Shown: in pieces, positions 39,980-49,100 of the stretch | Position numbering within the stretch: position 1 is the stretch's first letter | Layout: every line of letters begins with the position of its first letter | Assembly (NCBI GenBank): GCA_031370005.1 | Contig: JANMPT010000003.1 | Coordinates: 1 to 64,000 of the forward strand | Origin: Bdellovibrionales bacterium | GTDB lineage: Bacteria > Bdellovibrionota > Bdellovibrionia > Bdellovibrionales > Bdellovibrionaceae | Direction: 5' to 3' | DNA length: 64,000 bases | The notes under the pieces: generated by a model | The model's database searches: none | The model's input: only the letters and a program-made list of their open reading frames with translations | Told to the model about the DNA's origin: nothing | Translations under genes and position numbers: made by a program

Positions 39980-40291
39980 TTAGCTCGCCTTAGAAAAACT
40001 AAAACCAAACTCAAAGTGACCACCACAAGCGGCCGCTATGCGAGCCAACAGCGGAATAGACGGCACTCGCTTATCAGAACCACCCTCAAGTCTTGCAATC
40101 ACACTTTGAGTCGTTCCAATCAGTTTAGCTAATTGAGCCTGAGTTAAGTCAGCTTTCATGCGCGCAGCTCTAACCGCATGCGCGATTTCAGTTTTAGATT
40201 TTTCTTCTTCAAACTGAATACGAACTTCTTTGTCTTTTAATATTTTTTGAAAAAATGGCTTTGCTGATTTGTATGATTTTTTATTTTTCAT
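39980..40291 (-). CDS. HTH (XRE/HigA-like) antitoxin
   Basis: AARMKADLTQAQLA.LIGTTQSVIARLEGG..PS..LL.RIA.A. Confidence 0.9.
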   Translation of the reverse strand: MKNKKSYKSAKPFFQKILKDKEVRIQFEEEKSKTEIAHAVRAARMKADLTQAQLAKLIGTTQSVIARLEGGSDKRVPSIPLLARIAAACGGHFEFGFSFSKAS

Positions 40292-40623
40292 AATCCTAAA
40301 ACCTCTTTCATTCTTTTTTCAGCGATTTCAAGATCGCCCGTTGGTGTTTTCTGAGTTTTCTTTTTAAAAGCATGAAGCCAAACCATCGTATTTGTTTCAA
40401 CAACAACATAGGCTATGCGGTAGCTGCCGCTTGGTGTATTAAACTTTACTTCCCAGAGTTTACCGCGAAGCTGCCTAAACTGAACACGCGGACAACCTAA
40501 TCCATATTTTTCAATACCTTCAAAGACATCAGCAAAACGTGCTTGATCTGCTTTTGGCAGATCACTGATAAAATCTTCGATTGGGCTTCGTCCTGACGAC
40601 GTTTCGTAAAGAGCTACTTTCAC
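40288..40623 (-). CDS. RelE/HigB-like toxin (toxin-first TA pair)
   Basis: YET.SGRSPIEDFI..L, L.GKLWEVK, YRI.Y, LHAFKKKTQKTP..DLEIA.KR. Confidence 0.92.
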   Translation of the reverse strand: MKVALYETSSGRSPIEDFISDLPKADQARFADVFEGIEKYGLGCPRVQFRQLRGKLWEVKFNTPSGSYRIAYVVVETNTMVWLHAFKKKTQKTPTGDLEIAEKRMKEVLGL

Positions 40624-40625
40624 AC

Positions 40626-40658
40626 CCTTAATATAGCCAAAAGGCTATATTAAGGCAA
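40626..40658 (-). promoter_or_regulatory. Sigma70-type promoter overlapped by a perfect 13-bp-arm operator
   Basis: CCTTAATATAGCC-AAAA-GGCTATATTAAGG (40626-40655); TTGCCT-N17-TATATT on minus. Confidence 0.75.
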
Positions 40659-40717
40659 GATTTTTTTAATTTAGCTATTCTGCCCTACAAAGGCCTGACT
40701 AGCGCCGACCGTGTCAG

Positions 40718-40759
40718 CCAATACGGCGAATGGCTTTTTCAATTCAAATTCAATACTTA
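40718..40759 (+). repeat. 42-bp direct repeat, copy 2
   Basis: Identical to 39121-39162. Confidence 0.95.
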
Positions 40760-40994
40760 AGCCATTTAATATTGGGTTAGGAGAGTACATTATCACCCTC
40801 GACAATTTCTCGGAGCACATTTTGGGCAGCAATGACGTCGGACTCTGGGGTCCAATAGTCTTCGTAGCAGAGACAGTTCGCGCAGTGCGAATTTGCAAAA
40901 CAGCTGCTGATACAATCAAGGCATTTTAAGTGGCTATTTTGCTATGAATAGTTGTGAATTTGTATAGACAATAAATATCAAGTAAAATCATATG

Positions 40995-41020
40995 GTTATA
41001 TTATAACTGTATAATATAAC
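40995..41020. promoter_or_regulatory. Inverted repeat upstream of the hipB-like gene (possible operator)
   Basis: GTTATATTATA-ACTG-TATAATATAAC in an AT-rich region with further TATATTA half-sites. Confidence 0.55.
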
Positions 41021-41131
41021 ATTCAAAATATCGTTAATTGGCCATTATATTAGTCATTATTTAGTTAGCTTATTTTGATGTGAATAATATAGTTGCCAAA
41101 ACGCCAGTAATTGGATACTATATTATCCATT

Positions 41132-41470
41132 ATGGGAAAGAAGACAGCTACACAGACACCAAAGCTAATAGCCCTTCTTAAAGCACTGGGTGAAAACATC
41201 CACCTAGCACGTCGTCGTCGTCGCCTCTCGTCCACAATGCTTGCTGAAAGGGCCGGAATGACTCGAATGACCTTGCGGGCAGTTGAAAGAGGCGAGCCAA
41301 CAGCAAGCCTTGGTGCGTATGCAAATGTACTTTTTAGCCTCGGACTTGAAAAAGATCTGTCGACTGTTGCGAAAGACGATGAGCTGGGTCGAAGACTTCA
41401 GGATGCAAGCTTAGTCAGAAGCAAAAAAACTAAGTCAAAAAAAGATCCCTCAAAAACAGAGCTAGAGTAA
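41132..41470 (+). CDS. HipB-like HTH antitoxin
   Basis: LGENI.LARRRR.LS..MLAERAG.TR.TL..VE.G, Y.NVLFSLGL..DL..VAKDDELGRRLQD. Confidence 0.88.
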   Translation: MGKKTATQTPKLIALLKALGENIHLARRRRRLSSTMLAERAGMTRMTLRAVERGEPTASLGAYANVLFSLGLEKDLSTVAKDDELGRRLQDASLVRSKKTKSKKDPSKTELE

Positions 41471-41474
41471 AATT

Positions 41475-41749
41475 ATGGGAAAGAGCAAGACTGGGCAAAA
41501 AATAGTTTATATTTATGCCAATTGGGAGACGCTAGAAACTCCTCAGCTTACGGGATCTCTATTTGTAACCCTCTCACGCGGTAAAGAAATTTTTTCATTT
41601 GAGTATGATCCAAAATGGCTGAAGTCAAATTACGCCCACGATCTTGATCCAAATTTAAAATTTTTTGGCGGTCCTCAGTATCCTAAATCCGATCACGCAA
41701 ACTTTGGTCTTTTTCTTGATTCGTCTCCAGATCGTTGGGGGTTGATAAA
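41475..41749 (+). pseudogene. Truncated HipA toxin (N-terminal domain only)
   Basis: RGKEIFSFEYD..WL, LDP.L, FG.FLDSSPDRWG, after which the frame runs into tRNA-Ala antisense; kinase domain absent. Confidence 0.85.
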
Positions 41750-41824
41750 TGGTGGACCCAACCAGAGTCGAACTGGTGACTTATCCATGCCATGGACATA
41801 TAATCCCAACTTCACCATGGGCCC
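41750..41824 (-). tRNA. tRNA-Ala(GGC)
   Basis: Sense GGGCCCA...TGGGTCC-ACCA with G3:U70; anticodon stem TGTCC/GGATA with loop ATGGCAT; ACCAG-TTCGACT-CTGGT; D-stem weak (two G:U pairs). Confidence 0.85.
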
Positions 41825-42088
41825 GTTTTTCATTCTACCTATAGTCACTCCGCAGACGACTAACAATGGTTTTAATATAGACTCTTGCAGCGGCAACATA
41901 CGTTATAACTATCGCCCCTAGCGCTCCGAAAAAAGTCAAAACTACCTGCACCAAAAATGTACTCAATATTCAGCAAAACCTTGGCGTAGATGTCGCGCGC
42001 GCGAGTAAATAGGACTTCCCTTTCAAAAAAATGAGTCAACTGTCTGGCTTAGCTTGCTCCTTCAGAGGTGAAGAGGTAGATTTACCTG

Positions 42089-43336
42089 ATGAGTACGAAA
42101 TTCCAAAGAGTCCGTGGGACTCGTGATTTGCTGCCAGAGGATAATATTAAATTCCGATTCGTGGAGGCTACAGCCCACGCGCTTTCACTCTTATATGGCT
42201 ATGGCGAAATTGAAACCCCTATCTTTGAGTTTTCAGAGATCTTTCATCGCACACTTGGCGAGACTTCAGATGTCGTCAGTAAAGAAAGCTACACCTTCCA
42301 AGATCGTGGCGGCGATAGTATTACCTTGCGCCCTGAGGGCACCGCCGGAGTCGCCCGTGCTTTTGTCTCTGAGGGCATGGCTCAGAGCTTGCCATTAAAA
42401 TTTTATTACTATGGGCCCATGTTTCGCTATGAGCGACCTCAAAAAGGCCGCTATCGTCAGTTCAAACAATTAGGCGTTGAATATTTGGGCGTCGAATCGC
42501 CACTGGCCGATGTCGAGTGTATCACTATGGCTTGGGATCTACTTAATAAAATTGGTATTGCTGGAAAATGCCACCTTGAGATTAATACTTTGGGTGATGC
42601 TGAAAGCCGTGCTAATTACCGAAAAGCTCTTGTGACTTACTTCACTCAACACCAGGAGAAACTTTCTGCCGATAGTAAAATTCGGTTAAATAAGAATCCC
42701 CTTCGCATTCTTGACTCTAAGGACGATGGCGATCGCGCTCTGATTGCCAATGCTCCAGCATTGCATGAGCATCTAAATGAGGCCTCGAAAAAATTCTTTG
42801 ATGACCTTTTAAAGGGAATCAAAATTTTGGGGATTCCTTACGAGATCAATCAAAAGCTTGTGCGCGGCTTGGATTACTATTGCCACACTGTTTTTGAATT
42901 CGTGACCACCGAGCTAGGCGCGCAAGGCTCAGTGCTTGGTGGTGGGCGCTACGATGGGCTTATTGAAATAATGGGGGGACCAAAAACTCCAGGCATCGGC
43001 TGGGCCGCCGGCGTTGATCGTCTATCTGATTTAGTTCCCTTAGAAAAATATCAAAAACACGAAGTTTTTCTCGCCATTATTCCCGCTGATGATATTGGAG
43101 AAACAGAGGCCCTCAAGATCGCTCACAAATTGCGTCTTAATGGCTTCAAATCAGAGATTTTAATTTCAGGAAAAATGAGTAAACGCTTTCAAAGAGCTGA
43201 TAAAATCGGAGCCACTCATGCTCTGATTCTTGGTGAAAACGAAGTCAGCGCCCATTCCATCGCAGTAAAGAATTTAAAATCTGGCCTGCAAGAGAATTTG
43301 TCCTTGGATGAGCTCATGAAAAAAATTAAAATCTAA
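42089..43336 (+). CDS. hisS: Histidine--tRNA ligase
   Basis: [44 protein letters not shown]. Confidence 0.97.
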   Translation: MSTKFQRVRGTRDLLPEDNIKFRFVEATAHALSLLYGYGEIETPIFEFSEIFHRTLGETSDVVSKESYTFQDRGGDSITLRPEGTAGVARAFVSEGMAQSLPLKFYYYGPMFRYERPQKGRYRQFKQLGVEYLGVESPLADVECITMAWDLLNKIGIAGKCHLEINTLGDAESRANYRKALVTYFTQHQEKLSADSKIRLNKNPLRILDSKDDGDRALIANAPALHEHLNEASKKFFDDLLKGIKILGIPYEINQKLVRGLDYYCHTVFEFVTTELGAQGSVLGGGRYDGLIEIMGGPKTPGIGWAAGVDRLSDLVPLEKYQKHEVFLAIIPADDIGETEALKIAHKLRLNGFKSEILISGKMSKRFQRADKIGATHALILGENEVSAHSIAVKNLKSGLQENLSLDELMKKIKI

Positions 43337-43337
43337 G

Positions 43338-44399
43338 CTATTTCCTGCCCAACTTAATACTATGCCCACGACTCCAGCCTGGAATATTGAGTGAGTTGGA
43401 TCTCATCCACAGGAACATCATCGAAATGCCAATCATAAGCATCCCCCCACTCAACCACTGGCCACGTGTCAAACCCAGCCATTGGTAACCAATCTGCACA
43501 TCGGGCATGCGGAAGTACTCATCACTAATGCGAACAATGGCATATAGAATAATAAACGATGCAGCAATAAATCCTGGCTTACGGCCCTTTCTCCATAAAA
43601 AAAATAGAAACAAGAAAAGAAAAAGGCCCTCCCCTACGGCACCAAAAAGCTGTGACGGATAGCGAGCGGTCAGAAGGGGAGCTAAAGCATCTCTGACCCC
43701 ATGATTTCCAGATTGAATTTCAGTAATTATTTTTTGAAGTGCTTCATAAACCTGAACACGAGACAAGGTATCAACTTGGTATTTTTCAAGCATGCTATGC
43801 CATTGCCCCTGATTGATGCTGATCTTATCCACCACATCAGCTAACCCATTGAGCTTTGAGAAATCCATAGTCGGCCAATTCAAAATATCTTGAGGAAATT
43901 TCACAGAATAGGGAAAGTCAGCCGGAGCTGGGCGCCCAACAAGTTCCCCATTAATGAAATTCGCAATACGCCCAAAAAACACCCCGATGGGTCCAGACAC
44001 GGAAACTAAATCCAGTAAATACAAAAAATTCACACCATATCGACGAGCAAATATCAGGCAGGCAATAACTATCCCGATCATACCACCATGACTAGCCATG
44101 CCTCCCTCATTCACTGCAAAGACCCCCCAAAAAGGAAAGTCTGCTTTGAATTTTAAAAGCAAATCGGGAGCATAAAAAAACACGTAACCAAGACGGCCAC
44201 CAACTAAGGTGCCAATAGCAACATAGGTAACAAAATCCCCCACTAAGTTCGGAGTGAGCCCTACCCGCTGGCGTTGGATCAGCCAACGAATAAGCAAATA
44301 GGCACAAATAAAGCCCACCATGTACGACAAGCCATACCAGCGAATACCAAAATTCTCAGAAAACTGTATAGCAAATGGATTTAAATCATGAACATACAT
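43338..44399 (-). CDS. lgt: Prolipoprotein diacylglyceryl transferase
   Basis: IRWYGL.Y, GGRLGYV.FY, GGMASHGG, GRIANFINGEL.GR, RYPSQL. Confidence 0.96.
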   Translation of the reverse strand: MYVHDLNPFAIQFSENFGIRWYGLSYMVGFICAYLLIRWLIQRQRVGLTPNLVGDFVTYVAIGTLVGGRLGYVFFYAPDLLLKFKADFPFWGVFAVNEGGMASHGGMIGIVIACLIFARRYGVNFLYLLDLVSVSGPIGVFFGRIANFINGELVGRPAPADFPYSVKFPQDILNWPTMDFSKLNGLADVVDKISINQGQWHSMLEKYQVDTLSRVQVYEALQKIITEIQSGNHGVRDALAPLLTARYPSQLFGAVGEGLFLFLFLFFLWRKGRKPGFIAASFIILYAIVRISDEYFRMPDVQIGYQWLGLTRGQWLSGGMLMIGISMMFLWMRSNSLNIPGWSRGHSIKLGRK

Positions 44400-44485
44400 A
44401 AAACCTCAGTCTCAATCTTGGACGAATAGATAAAATCTTAGACCCAAGTGACCCTAAAGTGCAAAATTAAAAATGGAGGACTCTA

Positions 44486-45253
44486 ATGATTCACTTCAGA
44501 TCACTTCTGACACTCAGTGTGGTATTCCTTTCACTTAACAGCCATGCACAGTCCTCCTCCCAAGGAGGTGGAAATAGCAACTTTTTCCAAAGAGCTGAGC
44601 GCCGCGAAAGCAAGCGCTGGACCCTACAGGAATGGATGGCCCAAAAAGATAAAAATCACATGATGGATGTATGGCTCTCTATGAACTCACCCTCGCCCTA
44701 TGAATTGATGCTTGGCATCTCATATAATAGTTACAGCTTAGAAAGCACCGGCAACGCCAGTTCAAACAATCACACCTCCTATCAGGGAAGCTTTTCTGCC
44801 TATGCTCAACTTGTAGGCCTTACTGCAGAATATGAAAACAACAGCCAAGAAAACTTTAATGACCTGAGTGGGCTCTTTAACCTTCGGCTTTTAGGAAATA
44901 CAATCCAAGGCTCCTATTTAACTCTGCACTACGGCTTGCGCACGCGAACACAAGAGGCACTCCAAGCAGTTCCTCAGGTGCGCTATAGTCAGCAATTTGC
45001 GCAAGCGAGTATTCAAATATATGTAATCAAGAACTTTGGTATGGATGGACTCTATCGGCTTTATTCGCCGGTAACCGATAACACTCTAGGCGAAATTAAG
45101 GGCAACCTGGTTGAAATAGGAAGTTTTATTGATTTCAAAAACTTTCGAGTTTTTGGTTCCTGGTACAAAGAATCTCAAAGTAACGAAATCAATGCACTCA
45201 TCACCAATAATACCCGAACGGGTATTCGCAGTGGTCTAAAAATCTTCTTCTAA
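44486..45253 (+). CDS. Hypothetical outer-membrane beta-barrel protein
   Basis: Signal peptide, beta-strand pattern, C-terminal FF. Confidence 0.65.
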   Translation: MIHFRSLLTLSVVFLSLNSHAQSSSQGGGNSNFFQRAERRESKRWTLQEWMAQKDKNHMMDVWLSMNSPSPYELMLGISYNSYSLESTGNASSNNHTSYQGSFSAYAQLVGLTAEYENNSQENFNDLSGLFNLRLLGNTIQGSYLTLHYGLRTRTQEALQAVPQVRYSQQFAQASIQIYVIKNFGMDGLYRLYSPVTDNTLGEIKGNLVEIGSFIDFKNFRVFGSWYKESQSNEINALITNNTRTGIRSGLKIFF

Positions 45254-46602
45254 AATTCTTCCACTCCATAAAGATGATGACTCAAAATATACTGAACTAC
45301 AACGGGGTGCAGGATGCTGGCCTCAGGGCGTTCGCCTTGCTTTAGAGCATTGCGAATACCTGTGGAGCTAACTCCAAAATAAAGAGCTTTCCCAATCTCA
45401 ACCTTGTCGCGAATGTCGTCAGGCACAGGAATTACTTCCGAAAGTTCTCGCGGAAATACAATGTACGAACGATTGGAATCCTTGATCTTGTTTTCTTTAA
45501 CCAAGTTCCCGAAGGAGTCTGATCCAATCACTTGATAAATACTTTTCGTTCCATAAATTTGCGAAATACGTTCAAAAATTGGATCTCGGCCAAACTGATC
45601 AACAATTTGCTTCGCATCCCCAACATAAAGATTCACTCCCTCTTCGAGAGCCAATCGTTCCTTCAGCATCGCTGTGCGAGTGTTTTCACTCGAGGCACTC
45701 GGCTTGTGCGGCGTCGAGGGGTTCGCAATGAGGATAACCTCATCGAGACCAAATTGTTGTTTTGCACTTTTCGCCGTGCTGATATGTCCTTCGTGAACAG
45801 GATCGAATGTTCCAAATAGAATACCAATCTTTGGCTGACGTGAACTAAATGTATTCGTAAACAACTGCCCAATGGTATTACGAGAGCCGAGTTCAAAATT
45901 CGTCAGACGGCCATCCACAGAGACCGTCCCCGGCCTGATGTCTCCGCCAACTGGAACTGTCGAATAGTCCTTCATCATCGCAGGGTCTAAAGCAGCAATT
46001 GACAAGAAGTGCCCCCACATCTCACCATTTTCGCTGACACCATTGATCAGAATTTTTAAATTTTCTGCCGGAATCTGGCTAAGGGTCAGATAGCCCGCCT
46101 TCATATAAGCCACCAGCCTGTGGTGAGCATTCCATAGGTCAACAGTACGAATACGACCATCTATACCAGTCACCACATTTAGCAATAAGGGATCGTGCTG
46201 AAAATTGCCGCCTGCCGAACTAGAAATATATTGAACGAGTCCATCGATTTGCTTCGGATTCCGCAACAAACGGTGCCCAGGGGCGGCAATAACCGCACCA
46301 ATTTTGAGCACTCCAAGTGTGCGGCGACGCTCTTGGCTCGAGCTTCCAGATGTCAGTATCACCTTCCGAAAGGCTGTAAATTCTGGTTGGCTTCCAAGGT
46401 TACTCAGGGGGTCCGTGACCCCACGATTTTGCAAAGGTGCTTTCATTAGATCTTGAAAAAGAGGCGAGCTTACCAGCTGCGTACTAGAAAAAACCTGTGC
46501 GCAAGAGAGGACCACCGAGGCCGATGCTCGCTCCGATAATAAAAAAATCGAAGTCGGCAGCAAGATAAGACTCAATAAAATAGATCGAATAATACTAGAC
46601 AT
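45250..46602 (-). CDS. Signal-peptide protein with ParB/Srx-like domain fused to a NadD-like nucleotidyltransferase
   Basis: C-domain FGTFDPVHEGH, IGSDSF, VSSTGIR; N-domain PLLLNV...LWNAHHRLVAY. Confidence 0.7.
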   Translation of the reverse strand: MSSIIRSILLSLILLPTSIFLLSERASASVVLSCAQVFSSTQLVSSPLFQDLMKAPLQNRGVTDPLSNLGSQPEFTAFRKVILTSGSSSQERRRTLGVLKIGAVIAAPGHRLLRNPKQIDGLVQYISSSAGGNFQHDPLLLNVVTGIDGRIRTVDLWNAHHRLVAYMKAGYLTLSQIPAENLKILINGVSENGEMWGHFLSIAALDPAMMKDYSTVPVGGDIRPGTVSVDGRLTNFELGSRNTIGQLFTNTFSSRQPKIGILFGTFDPVHEGHISTAKSAKQQFGLDEVILIANPSTPHKPSASSENTRTAMLKERLALEEGVNLYVGDAKQIVDQFGRDPIFERISQIYGTKSIYQVIGSDSFGNLVKENKIKDSNRSYIVFPRELSEVIPVPDDIRDKVEIGKALYFGVSSTGIRNALKQGERPEASILHPVVVQYILSHHLYGVEEF

Positions 46603-46959
46603 AAAACTCTCCAAGCCTAAGTATTATGCGACAATCATGCCGCCCCAGAGGCGATCAATCCTTAGTTAATAACAAAAGCCTGTCTAAGTTTTTCACAATA
46701 TGCCGCAAAATCGGTTTGGCATCTGGGCCTTGCTGTATCCAGGATGCGGAGAATCTATATGGTTTTCCATTGAGTTTTCATCAGCTCAGAAGAGCCATTA
46801 AAAATATTTTTAGCGAAGGACATGACTTTGTCGAGACCAAAGTGAATGCGCGAATCCAAGCCCCTGCCTTTGAAGACAGGGTTCATTATGAACTGATTCA
46901 AACAAAAAAGATCATGGCTCAGAATCGCTGCGAGATGGTTTTCTAACTTAGCTAGAAAA

Positions 46960-47682
46960 CTATTCTAAGTGTTTCATCGTGTTATCGCCACCCACGTAGA
47001 AGGTCTCTGCCCGCTCAATGTGACTCATGACCGTGTCAACCGACCATTTCATTAACAATTGCATTCCAGCAATTGGCTGCTCTTTTGTTCCAGTGTTGAA
47101 TACGCTTGGCACTTCGGCATGGGCGTTGAAGGTAAAGCCCCATGAAACGTTCATGTTTGCTGGCATGATGGTCGCATTCGTTATGTATTTCCCTTGGCCA
47201 TTCACAGAACCACCAGCGGTGAAAACAACGCGGTAAGCGAAATCAACCACATTCATGCCATAGGCATTCTCATATTGTACGCGGTAAACTCTTGATTGAG
47301 GAATTTGCCAGCCAGTAATATCGGACCAACTTCGCAAACCTTGTGGAAGAGCGTTTGCTGTATTTGTTTGAACATTCACAACAGGACGTCCCATTTCAAT
47401 AACAGCCCAAATCTTTTGACCAATATTGATAATCTTATCAAGGCTAATATTTACTTGATCTAAAGGGTCTAAACTCAAGTTCGGAACTATTTTATTATCA
47501 AGTGAAACCATATTATCCTGAATTTGACTTGAATTATCGGCTTTAATCAGACCAACATATTGTTCAGTCACGTCAGTCATTTTAACTTTTGTTAATTCAA
47601 AGTATTTCGCATCAACTTTTTCCATGGCTTGAACATTGATTGCCAAGGAAGTTATAAACACTAAAGAAAGAATTTTTATCAT
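46960..47682 (-). CDS. Hypothetical secreted protein
   Basis: RBS, signal peptide, 240-aa ORF. Confidence 0.7.
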   Translation of the reverse strand: MIKILSLVFITSLAINVQAMEKVDAKYFELTKVKMTDVTEQYVGLIKADNSSQIQDNMVSLDNKIVPNLSLDPLDQVNISLDKIINIGQKIWAVIEMGRPVVNVQTNTANALPQGLRSWSDITGWQIPQSRVYRVQYENAYGMNVVDFAYRVVFTAGGSVNGQGKYITNATIMPANMNVSWGFTFNAHAEVPSVFNTGTKEQPIAGMQLLMKWSVDTVMSHIERAETFYVGGDNTMKHLE

Positions 47683-47861
47683 AAGCGCCCCCTATTTGTT
47701 TGATTGGCGCTGTTCTAGCAGGGACCATTGTTTTTTCAATCATTTTTAGTTTTTATATTTTAATGCTTCGTATTAAAATATCTCGAAAGAAGTCTCCATA
47801 GACGCTGTCGTATTTAGGCTACGAACTCTGTAAAATTTATCATCGCAAACCAAACCCAGAG

Positions 47862-49100
47862 TTAGCTCCTGCGAGCCAAAAGTGCTCCATAAAATCCATC
47901 AAAACCTTCGCGATGTGGAAGGACATGCATCTGCTGGACTAAGCTCCAATCTTGACCATTATGAGCGAGAAACCTCTCGATTTGGAGTTGGTTTTCTCCA
48001 GGCAATATACTGCAAGTCGCATAAACCATCATGCCGCCTGGCTTTACCATTTTAGAATAGCTCTCAAGGATCTCAGCCTGGAGTTCCTGAAGTTTTTTAA
48101 TTTCATCTAAAGAAATTTTCCACTTAGTATCTGGATTGCGGCGAAGGACTCCTAATCCGGAGCATGGGACGTCCAAAAGCAAACGATCCACATCTGATTC
48201 CAGTCGCTTGATCGCCTTCGTGGATTCAATCTCTCGAGTTTCAATAATCTCGACGCGATTGCGATTAGCACGCTCTTTCAAATCATTGAGCTTCCAGTCA
48301 TGAATATCCATGCAGATAAGCTTTCCCTTGTTTTCCATAAGAGCTGCCAGATGAAGACTCTTGCCTCCTCCACCTGCACAGGCGTCGACAACCTTCATTC
48401 CTGGTTCTACTCGAAGCATCGGAGCCACAAGTTGCGAAGCTGCGTCTTGAACTTCGAAATATCCCTGTTTGAAGGCTTCCGTAACCACAACATTTTTTCT
48501 ATCTGAAAGCATCACTGCGGACTCGACCCCTGGAACTGCAACAGCATCAACGCCTTCGGCCTGAAGCTTTTTAATCAAGTCGTCACGAGTGCCGCGAAGA
48601 GTATTTGCACGCAAAAAAACTTCCGCCGGCTTATTAAGAGATTTAATAATTTCATCCCACTCGGGACCTAACTCCTGAAGGCCATAATCATATAGCCACT
48701 GGGGAACCGACTCTAAGAGTGCGACGGATGTAATGCTCTTTTTTCGTTGCTCAAAGACAGTCTTGTCGAAGGATTTGAATTCATCCCAGTCGGGCAGAGT
48801 GTGGTAATTATCAAAGCACCAGACGGCCCATAGTTGCCAAACATCGGCTCTGGTCACAGCTCTTTCTGTGGGATCAAAACCAGCAAGCGCACCAAGGTAT
48901 CTCCACCAGCGAACCATCTCGTAAACACTTTCAGCGACGAAACGACGATCACGAGCACCCCATTTTTTTTGAGATTTCAAAACACGCTCAATGACCTTAT
49001 CTGCATAACGGGATTGATTGAAAATTTCATCTACGGCACCGACCACATTTTCGACTAAGTGACGGTGAAACTTTAATTGTGAATCTGTTTTATCTATCAA
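47862..49100 (-). CDS. RsmB/NOP family RNA m5C methyltransferase
   Basis: EVQDAASQ, DACAGGGGKS, DVPCSGLG.LRRNPD, YATCS. Confidence 0.93.
   Translation of the reverse strand: MIDKTDSQLKFHRHLVENVVGAVDEIFNQSRYADKVIERVLKSQKKWGARDRRFVAESVYEMVRWWRYLGALAGFDPTERAVTRADVWQLWAVWCFDNYHTLPDWDEFKSFDKTVFEQRKKSITSVALLESVPQWLYDYGLQELGPEWDEIIKSLNKPAEVFLRANTLRGTRDDLIKKLQAEGVDAVAVPGVESAVMLSDRKNVVVTEAFKQGYFEVQDAASQLVAPMLRVEPGMKVVDACAGGGGKSLHLAALMENKGKLICMDIHDWKLNDLKERANRNRVEIIETREIESTKAIKRLESDVDRLLLDVPCSGLGVLRRNPDTKWKISLDEIKKLQELQAEILESYSKMVKPGGMMVYATCSILPGENQLQIERFLAHNGQDWSLVQQMHVLPHREGFDGFYGALLARRS

Noticed and set aside
38292..40760. Classical integron cassette array
   Set aside because: No tyrosine integron-integrase and no attC-type RYYYAAC...GTTRRRY hairpins were found; the sites are tRNA-end-like instead.
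40711..40929. 72-aa plus-strand ORF and the N-terminal half of the 82-aa minus ORF
   Set aside because: These look like mosaic junction sequence with no identifiable family; only the repeat and tail portion is interpretable.
41475..41921. 148-aa ORF as a complete protein
   Set aside because: Everything after about 41749 is read-through of tRNA-Ala antisense and intergenic DNA; only the HipA N-terminal part is meaningful.
46626..46946. 106-aa plus-strand ORF
   Set aside because: No RBS or recognisable motif, and it lies between two minus-strand genes; could be a fragment but cannot be supported.
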